64,000 nucleotides of DNA from a virus. Taxonomy: Duplodnaviria; Caudoviricetes. The position numbers were made by a program, and so were the translations under genes. The DNA lies in the IMG/VR virus record IMGVR_UViG_3300044633_001982; one strand, given 5' to 3'. Shown piece by piece: positions 57,760-64,000 of the stretch. The notes below the pieces were generated by a model. The model saw nothing but the letters and a program-made list of their open reading frames with translations. It ran no database searches and was not told the origin of the DNA. Numbering within the stretch: the first letter of the stretch is position 1; each line of letters begins with the position of its first letter.

Positions 57760-57787
57760 TTGATTTAAATAACTTTTTTATTATATT
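57760..57787 (+). promoter_or_regulatory. Candidate early/middle promoter TTGATT-N16-TATATT for primase
   Basis: Divergent from the minus-strand late element in the same 77-nt gap. Confidence 0.45.
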
Positions 57788-57794
57788 TTATGGT

Positions 57795-58691
57795 ATGGAC
57801 GAAAATGAAGTATTGGTGGATATGATGAGAGACCTTTTTGGGAAAGAAAAACATTTCTATTCTTCAAAAGGACAAATTTCATTTAATTGTCCTTATTGTG
57901 ATGATGGGAAAAATAAAGGTAATTTAGAAATTAATATTAATGAACACGTCTACAAATGTTGGGCATGTTCTGAAACAAATGGAACTCATGGAGTGCTAGG
58001 AAAATTAATTGACATATTTGGTACCAAAAGACAAAGAAAGATTTACGACCTATTTAAACCTGAAGACCAAAAAGTAAAAGAAAAGTTTATTCCAAAATTA
58101 CAACTACCCAAAGAATTTACATCATTTAAAGATATTAATCCACTACATATTCCTCACAAAGAAGCTCTAAAGTATATAAAATCAAGAGGTATAACGGACC
58201 AAATGATTGAAAAATATAATATTGGATTTGCTTCAGAAGGAGAGTATATGGGGAGGGTTATTGTACCATCATATGATAAAGAAGGTGAGTTAAACTACTT
58301 TGTTTCAAGAGCTTGGTTTAAGACAAAAAATAAATATAAAAATCCTGAAGCTCCAAAAGAAGTGATAATTTTTAATGAAAGATTAATTGATTGGGATAAA
58401 ACAATTTATTTATGTGAAGGTGTTTTCGACGGATTCTTTGTTCCAAATCCTGTAATACTTTTAGGTAAAGTTTTAAGTGAAAAGTTATTTGAGACAATCT
58501 ATGACAATGCAAAATCAGATGTGATTATTTGTTTGGACGCTGACGCATGGAAAGACGCCCAAAAATTATACAACCAATTAAATGGTGGAAAGTTAAGAGG
58601 TAGAGTTAAAGTTTTAAAACTACCAAAAGATTCAGATGTTGCCGAATTAAGAGGTAAGATTGATGATTATTATTATGAAATGAAATATTAA
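57795..58691 (+). CDS. dnaG: DNA primase (zinc finger + TOPRIM)
   Basis: FNCPYC...YKCWAC, YIKSRGI, GRVIVP, YLCEGVFDG, ICLDADA. Confidence 0.85.
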   Translation: MDENEVLVDMMRDLFGKEKHFYSSKGQISFNCPYCDDGKNKGNLEININEHVYKCWACSETNGTHGVLGKLIDIFGTKRQRKIYDLFKPEDQKVKEKFIPKLQLPKEFTSFKDINPLHIPHKEALKYIKSRGITDQMIEKYNIGFASEGEYMGRVIVPSYDKEGELNYFVSRAWFKTKNKYKNPEAPKEVIIFNERLIDWDKTIYLCEGVFDGFFVPNPVILLGKVLSEKLFETIYDNAKSDVIICLDADAWKDAQKLYNQLNGGKLRGRVKVLKLPKDSDVAELRGKIDDYYYEMKY

Positions 58692-58692
58692 A

Positions 58693-59547
58693 ATGGATTT
58701 AAAAAATGTTGCTCTTGAGATTAGAGAGATTTTAGAAGAAAAAAGAAATGAATTAGAGTTAACTTTTATTGAAGATACTCACACTTATTTTATGAAAGAT
58801 GTTGATGGGGAAGTTAAAAGTTCTTTCCCGTCAGTATCAAAAGTACTAAAAAAGTTTTACCCTGAGTTCCCGACTGATGAAGCCGCGGAAAAAAAATCAA
58901 AAGGGGACCCTGTAGTTAAACAACAACTTATTGAGGAATGGGCGGCTGCGGGAGATTACTCAACAAATATGGGTAGTCGAGTACACTATATCTTGGAAAA
59001 GAAATTAATTGAAAAACATGGCGATTATAAAGAAGTAAGACAACCTGTTTTTGATTGTGATTTTACTCAAATATTAAAAGGGGATAGTATGATATCCGCT
59101 GGGTCAAAATATCTTAAACTTATGGAAGGTAGAGATGTTGTCTTATTAGATACTGAGATGGTATTGGGGCATCCTGAACTTGGTTACACAGGACAACCTG
59201 ATAAAATTTGGTTAGTGGTTAATAAGAAAGGTGATGAATTTGGATTACTAATAACCGACTGGAAAACAAATAAACCTAAAAACTTTGTTGCTAATAATTT
59301 CACAAAGTCAATGTATAGTCCGTTTCAGAAGTATCCAAATACTGCATTAGGACATTATTATGTTCAGCTACCACTTTATGGTAAATTATTGTTAAAAATG
59401 TTAGAGGGGACAAAATATGAAAACATTAGGTTATATGGATGTATTGTCGTATTATTGCGTGAGGATTCAGAATATGAAGAATATCGTGTTCCACAAGATG
59501 TAATTGATACCGTTCTTAATATGAACGTAAAAGATTATTTAAATTGA
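58693..59547 (+). CDS. PD-(D/E)XK (RecB-family) exonuclease
   Basis: PSVSKVL, MGSRVH, TEMVL, TGQPDKI, ITDWKTNK, QLPLY. Confidence 0.8.
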   Translation: MDLKNVALEIREILEEKRNELELTFIEDTHTYFMKDVDGEVKSSFPSVSKVLKKFYPEFPTDEAAEKKSKGDPVVKQQLIEEWAAAGDYSTNMGSRVHYILEKKLIEKHGDYKEVRQPVFDCDFTQILKGDSMISAGSKYLKLMEGRDVVLLDTEMVLGHPELGYTGQPDKIWLVVNKKGDEFGLLITDWKTNKPKNFVANNFTKSMYSPFQKYPNTALGHYYVQLPLYGKLLLKMLEGTKYENIRLYGCIVVLLREDSEYEEYRVPQDVIDTVLNMNVKDYLN

Positions 59548-59572
59548 CAATAAACTTAAAAAGTTATATATT
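59544..59572 (+). promoter_or_regulatory. Early/middle promoter TTGACA-N17-TATATT
   Basis: Near-consensus boxes with exact 17-nt spacing, 8 nt before ATG 59581. Confidence 0.7.
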
Positions 59573-59580
59573 TAAACACT

Positions 59581-59799
59581 ATGATTAAACTAACATTTTA
59601 CACAAAAAACAAACAAGTTACCGTTGATTTTGGTGACCTACATCACGAAAGTTACGAGAACGTACCAACAGTTCAGGTAAGAGAAGGATACTATGAAGTT
59701 ATGAAACGAATTGATAATATTATGGTTCCTTCAGGTTACTCATCAATTCCGGTACTCAGAGTACCAATTTCACAAACAATAATGTTTATCGAAGAATAA
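59581..59799 (+). CDS. Hypothetical protein (72 aa)
   Basis: Clean ORF behind a near-consensus promoter; no family recognised. Confidence 0.7.
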   Translation: MIKLTFYTKNKQVTVDFGDLHHESYENVPTVQVREGYYEVMKRIDNIMVPSGYSSIPVLRVPISQTIMFIEE

Positions 59800-59800
59800 T

Positions 59801-59884
59801 ATGATTACATTTGGAATTATCTCAATTGCAATATCAGTGTATGTTGCTTACGATATTATAAAAACTGTTAAAAATAATAAATAA
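59801..59884 (+). CDS. 27-aa single-helix membrane peptide (not in the ORF track)
   Basis: MITFGIISIAISVYVAYDIIKTVKNNK*; starts 1 nt after the upstream stop and ends immediately before ATG 59885. Confidence 0.55.
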   Translation: MITFGIISIAISVYVAYDIIKTVKNNK

Positions 59885-60118
59885 ATGGATTTAGAAAAAC
59901 CAAGAATTAATTTAAGAGAAATGAACTTTGTTAAATGTGACGAGTGTGACTTTGACCAGTTCAAAGAAGTTACTTATTTAAAATTAGTCCCAAAACTAAT
60001 GACAGGGTCGCCTAATGACACAATCGTACCTTTTCCAACTTACGCTTGTCTGAAGTGTGGACATATTAATGAGGAATTAAATCCTTTCACACAAGACTCA
60101 CCTAAACTTGACTTATGA
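59885..60118 (+). CDS. Small zinc-ribbon protein
   Basis: CDEC...CLKCGH two-knuckle pattern. Confidence 0.75.
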   Translation: MDLEKPRINLREMNFVKCDECDFDQFKEVTYLKLVPKLMTGSPNDTIVPFPTYACLKCGHINEELNPFTQDSPKLDL

Positions 60119-60894
60119 TAAAAAAAATAATTCATTTCAGTGATTTACACATTCGTTTATTTAAAGACCACGACTTGTATAAGAGAATTTTACAAGATGC
60201 CTTCAAACAGTGGAGAGATATTGCTCCTGACCGTATTGTCTTTACTGGAGATTTAGTACATTCTAAAAATCAAATGACGCCTGAGCTTGTTGAATTTATT
60301 GCTTGGGTATTGACAGAATGTTCAAAAATTACTAAGACAATTTTAATACCTGGTAACCATGACTTCCTTGAAAATAATATGGAAAGATTGGACGCCTTAA
60401 CTCCAGTGGTGGATTCACTACAAAATGAAATGGTGGTCTATTATAAAAATAGAGGTGTTTACCCTGACCAAAATATTGATTGGTGTGTGTACTCACTTAT
60501 GGACCATAATATTCCACCTGAGATTGAAAAATCAGACCGAGTTAAGATTGGATTGTTCCATGGTCCTGTACAAGGATTAACAACCAATTTAGGATTTAAA
60601 TTTGAAGATGGATTTGAATCTTCAAAATTTGATGGATGTGATTTGGTATTTTGTGGTGACATCCATAAGAGACAAATCTTTGATATACCTGGTGGAAAGA
60701 AAGCTTATATGATTGGTTCAACCATTGTACAAAACTATGGTGAAACTATTACAAAACATGGGTATGGAATTTATGATGTTGAAAAGGATGAATATGTTAC
60801 TGTTGACTTACATAACCCAAAACCATTTATTGCTTTTAGAATAAACTCATACGAAGATATTGAAAATGGAAAAGAAAAACTCGTTAACTATTGA
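60115..60894 (+). CDS. sbcD: SbcD/Mre11/gp47-like metallophosphoesterase (nuclease domain only)
   Basis: SDLH, FTGDLVH, PGNHD, FHGPV, GDIH motifs; only 259 aa. Confidence 0.88.
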   Translation: MIKKIIHFSDLHIRLFKDHDLYKRILQDAFKQWRDIAPDRIVFTGDLVHSKNQMTPELVEFIAWVLTECSKITKTILIPGNHDFLENNMERLDALTPVVDSLQNEMVVYYKNRGVYPDQNIDWCVYSLMDHNIPPEIEKSDRVKIGLFHGPVQGLTTNLGFKFEDGFESSKFDGCDLVFCGDIHKRQIFDIPGGKKAYMIGSTIVQNYGETITKHGYGIYDVEKDEYVTVDLHNPKPFIAFRINSYEDIENGKEKLVNY

Positions 60895-61318
60895 GTTAAG
60901 TAGATTAGACTCTGAGGATATTAATTTATTTTGTAAATTAAATGAAATAAATGATGTAAATGGATTTATTACATTATGTTTGAGAAAAGGGTATTATATT
61001 GAAAAATATGGATTATTAAATCAAGGTAACCTACCTGATGTAATTGAAAGAGAATTTGAAAGAGAAATAAAAGTCGAGGATACTTCAAAGATTGAAGAAC
61101 TTGAAAATCAAATTTATATACTTAAAGGTAAACTTGAAAACCAAAAAGAAATTGAGTGTTTAAAACTTCAAGAAACACTCATGGAACTTAATAGACAACT
61201 TGGAGATAAAAATGAAACAATAAAAGAATTAAGAAGTAAGGTTAATGACCTTGAAAATTTGACAAAAACTTCTTATGCTTTTTATATGAAAAATTCAAAC
61301 TTAACAAATAAATTATAA
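60866..61318 (+). CDS. Hypothetical coiled-coil protein
   Basis: ATG 60866 (TTG 60860 alternative); C-terminal heptad helix. Confidence 0.65.
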   Translation: MEKKNSLTIELSRLDSEDINLFCKLNEINDVNGFITLCLRKGYYIEKYGLLNQGNLPDVIEREFEREIKVEDTSKIEELENQIYILKGKLENQKEIECLKLQETLMELNRQLGDKNETIKELRSKVNDLENLTKTSYAFYMKNSNLTNKL

Positions 61319-61322
61319 TATT

Positions 61323-61673
61323 ATGACAGCATTTATTGTATGGGCAATATTAGCCTACGGATTTAGCACAATAATGGTATATGGTACCATTTTTAAAGGA
61401 ATGAGAAATTTCATAAAAGAATATGGGGAATCTGATTTGATTATGTCTGATACATCTAAATTCATATCTGGTATTTTATCATGTATGATGTGTTGTTCTA
61501 CATGGATTGGGTTTTTCTTAGGTTTATTTATTTATTCCCCTACCCACGAATTATTCCAATTAAACTCATATTTCTCTTGGTTTTTTGACGGATTATTGGC
61601 TTCAGGGTCAGTATGGGGAATAAATGGATTTATTGAATGGTTCGAAGAAAATAGACCAAGTAAAATTAAATAA
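61323..61673 (+). CDS. Small membrane protein with a CxxC motif (DUF1360-like)
   Basis: Hydrophobic helices and GILSCMMCCSTWIGFFLG. Confidence 0.6.
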   Translation: MTAFIVWAILAYGFSTIMVYGTIFKGMRNFIKEYGESDLIMSDTSKFISGILSCMMCCSTWIGFFLGLFIYSPTHELFQLNSYFSWFFDGLLASGSVWGINGFIEWFEENRPSKIK

Positions 61674-61689
61674 CTAAAAACAAATATAT

Positions 61690-61875
61690 ATGCCAAAATC
61701 AAGATTAAGACCAAACCACAAACAGAAAGTTGCGGCTTGGAAAATGAAAGTAGAACACGCTAAAAGACGTTATCAAAGAATGATGAACGAAGCGATGATG
61801 GAACAAATTGAAAAAATTAGAGAGGCTCAATCAGGAACCACTGAGAACAATGAACCTGTTCAGCAAACCGTTTAA
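61690..61875 (+). CDS. Small basic hypothetical protein (61 aa)
   Basis: MPKSRLRPNHKQK... basic helical peptide with an A-rich leader. Confidence 0.6.
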   Translation: MPKSRLRPNHKQKVAAWKMKVEHAKRRYQRMMNEAMMEQIEKIREAQSGTTENNEPVQQTV

Positions 61876-61891
61876 TTTAGAGAGAGTAAGG

Positions 61892-64000
61892 ATGATTAAA
61901 GATTTGGATTTTAATAAGTTTGAAAACCCATATGTACAAGTCGTATGGGAGGATGCTCCCGAAAATTTCACACAAGAAAAGTTAAAGAATGTGAAACATT
62001 ACTTCCAAAAGAAGTATAACACAACTAGTGTAAATGTTATTACAAAACTTAAAAAGAGTGAAGAAGTTCAGGACAATGTTGACGTGTCATTCAATATTAT
62101 GGATGAAAACTTCCAACATGAACTTATGAAATCCATTCTTGAATCTAAAGGACAAGTAAATCTTTATGAAGATATTCTAAAAATTGACTCAGCAGTTAAC
62201 AACAAAATGATTGCTGAACAAGAAGAGGTTGGGACATTCAAGAAGTGGTTTATTAAGAAAATTGAGTTTTCAAATTTTTTATCTTACGGTGAAAATCAAA
62301 CCCTTAACTTTGAAAAGTTAGGGGGTATCACTGTAATTGAATCAGACCCACCTAACTTTGGAGGTAAGACTGTTCTATCTGTTGATTTATTGTTATTTTT
62401 ATTCTTTAATACTACGACCAAGACAAACAAGGCTGAGGAAGTATTCAATAGGTACTCAGATAAAGATAAAGTATCTGTTCGTGGTGAGATTGTAATTGAT
62501 GGTGAGGATTACATTATTGTTCGAGAACTTGAACGTAAAAAATCAAAGGCAGGTGAATGGAATGTTAAAACTGAATTAGATTTCTTTAAGAAATATCCTG
62601 ATGGTTCATTAGTTAAGTTTACTGGAGAACAAAGACGAGAAACTGAAAATTTCATCAAAACATCTATTGGAAGTTATGATGACTTCTTAATGACTATTTT
62701 AACTACAGGTACTAACCTTGAAGATTTACTTGAGGCTAAACCAACGGCAAGAGGACAAGTTTTATCAAGATTTTTAGGATTAGATTTCTTAAAAAGAAAA
62801 GAAGAAACTGGTAAAGAAATTTATTCAGTATTTTCTAAGTCTATGATTTCAAATATCTACAACACTGAATCATTAAAAACTCAGAATGAGGAGTTAGTCA
62901 TTACCAATGAAACTATTAAAAATACAATTAAGGAAAATCAAACTAAGATTGTTGATGTTAATGGACGTATTGATAAAGGTCAGGAGTATCGTGACAATTT
63001 ATTAAAATCAAAAGTTGTTGTTGAAAAAGAACTTACTCTAATGAACCCTGACCAAACTCAAAAAGAGATTGATGGGTTTGAAAATCAGATTAAACAAAAC
63101 ATTTTATTGAGAGATTCAATTAAGATTGTTGAACCTTCAGAGTTTTATACTGAAAGTGAACACGACAAGATTAAAGAAGAATATCAAAAGGCTTATAAGC
63201 AAAAAGTTGAGGTTGATACGAACATTTCAGGAATTGAAAAGTTAAAAAGTTCTGTGAGTGGTGGAATCAAATGTGAACACTGTGGAATTGAATTAATGAA
63301 CGCGGCAATCACACAATCTAGAATCGCAGAACTTGACGGACTTATCATGCAAAAAACCGAAATACAAGGGCTAATGCAGGAATTGTCCGACAAAGAACAG
63401 GGGTTTGTTAAACTTAAAAAAGACTTTGATGAGTATGAAAAAAATAAACTTGTTTATGAAAAATACCAAGCTACAATAGAAACATTCCAAACTAAAAAAG
63501 AAACTTTGGAGTCAAAACTATCAAGGTACTCTGAGATGCAAGACGTTATTAAGTCAAATGAGCAAATCGAGAGCCAAATCATAAAGGCAAATTTAAGGTT
63601 GGAAGAATTAAAAAGAGAATTGGAACAGATACAAAAAAGTATCTCCAATTCAGAGTTCCAAATTAAACAAAACGAGGAGAAAATTGACGGTAATTTAAAG
63701 ACAATTGTTAAAATTGCTGAGGAACAAGAAAAAGAAATGAAGTATAAATTGTACTTGGAATTGTTCGGTAAGAATGGTATTGCTAAGAGAATTATGAAGA
63801 GCATGATGCCACTTATCAATTCAGAGTTACAACGATTATTACAGGACTCTTGTTATTTCAGATTAGAAATTCGTATTAGTGAAAAGAATGAGGTTGAGTT
63901 TTGGATGATTGATAACAATACCCAAGTTGAAAAACTTATGACAACAGGTTCAGGGTATGAGAAAACCATTGCATCACTCGCTCTAAGAGCGGTACTTGCC
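61892..64000 (+). CDS. sbcC: SbcC/Rad50/gp46-like ATPase (3'-truncated; absent from the ORF track because there is no stop in the window)
   Basis: Translated by hand and open to base 64000: IKKIEFSNFLSYG, PPNFGGKT P-loop, long coiled coil, CEHC zinc hook (63272-63283), GSGYE signature. Alternative start at ATG 61850. Confidence 0.9.
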   Translation, partial: MIKDLDFNKFENPYVQVVWEDAPENFTQEKLKNVKHYFQKKYNTTSVNVITKLKKSEEVQDNVDVSFNIMDENFQHELMKSILESKGQVNLYEDILKIDSAVNNKMIAEQEEVGTFKKWFIKKIEFSNFLSYGENQTLNFEKLGGITVIESDPPNFGGKTVLSVDLLLFLFFNTTTKTNKAEEVFNRYSDKDKVSVRGEIVIDGEDYIIVRELERKKSKAGEWNVKTELDFFKKYPDGSLVKFTGEQRRETENFIKTSIGSYDDFLMTILTTGTNLEDLLEAKPTARGQVLSRFLGLDFLKRKEETGKEIYSVFSKSMISNIYNTESLKTQNEELVITNETIKNTIKENQTKIVDVNGRIDKGQEYRDNLLKSKVVVEKELTLMNPDQTQKEIDGFENQIKQNILLRDSIKIVEPSEFYTESEHDKIKEEYQKAYKQKVEVDTNISGIEKLKSSVSGGIKCEHCGIELMNAAITQSRIAELDGLIMQKTEIQGLMQELSDKEQGFVKLKKDFDEYEKNKLVYEKYQATIETFQTKKETLESKLSRYSEMQDVIKSNEQIESQIIKANLRLEELKRELEQIQKSISNSEFQIKQNEEKIDGNLKTIVKIAEEQEKEMKYKLYLELFGKNGIAKRIMKSMMPLINSELQRLLQDSCYFRLEIRISEKNEVEFWMIDNNTQVEKLMTTGSGYEKTIASLALRAVLA

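Noticed and set aside
53110-57765. Invertible cassette bounded by inverted repeats (AAACTAC ~53113 / GTAGTTT ~57755)
   Set aside because: Only 7 bp match, expected by chance, and there is no recombinase in the window.
58693-59547. Cas4 / CRISPR-associated nuclease
   Set aside because: PD-(D/E)XK motifs only, no four-Cys Fe-S cluster pattern, and the context is primase and recombination genes.
1-64000. Stop-codon reassignment as in some large phages
   Set aside because: All genes are intact and tightly packed under the standard code, with no TAG/TGA fragmentation.
1-64000. tRNA, rRNA or structured ncRNA genes
   Set aside because: Intergenic gaps are mostly under 80 nt and no cloverleaf or conserved RNA motif was recognised by eye; tRNAscan-SE or Infernal would be definitive.

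Overview
This is a very AT-rich, almost gap-free 64 kb segment of a large (jumbo-type) contractile-tailed bacteriophage. It is read with the standard code and lies nearly all on the + strand. Order: (i) 1-8.8 kb baseplate/tail-hub genes; (ii) 8.9-9.8 kb two late genes; (iii) 9.8-18.0 kb T4-like replication and nucleotide module (gp32-like SSB, UvsX/RecA, 5'-3' exonuclease, DnaB helicase, class I RNR beta and alpha); (iv) 18.1-34.5 kb a flavodoxin-like gene, then baseplate wedge genes; (v) 34.5-57.7 kb a long fibre/appendage region; (vi) 57.8-64 kb primase, PD-(D/E)XK nuclease, small genes and a rearranged SbcD/SbcC pair truncated by the window edge. RNR type, SprB-like repeats, lack of Shine-Dalgarno motifs and promoter shape suggest a Bacteroidota host (inference). 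The most interesting signal is region (v), which looks like a modular virion-decoration system. A ~68-aa Cys-stapled N-terminal module recurs in three genes, one of which is only that module. Four proteins carry mucin-like Pro-Thr stalks linking different head domains (LRR, SprB-like, twin propeller-like, FN3-like). Directly behind a Ser/Gly/Cys-rich beta-roll tail fibre sits a compact glycosyltransferase (GT9-like) - SET methyltransferase - sulfotransferase cassette with its own candidate promoter and palindrome. The hypothesis, untested, is that the phage glycosylates, sulfates and methylates its own fibres. No tRNA, rRNA, CRISPR array, integrase, transposase or reverse transcriptase was seen. 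All family assignments come from motif recognition by eye, not database searches.
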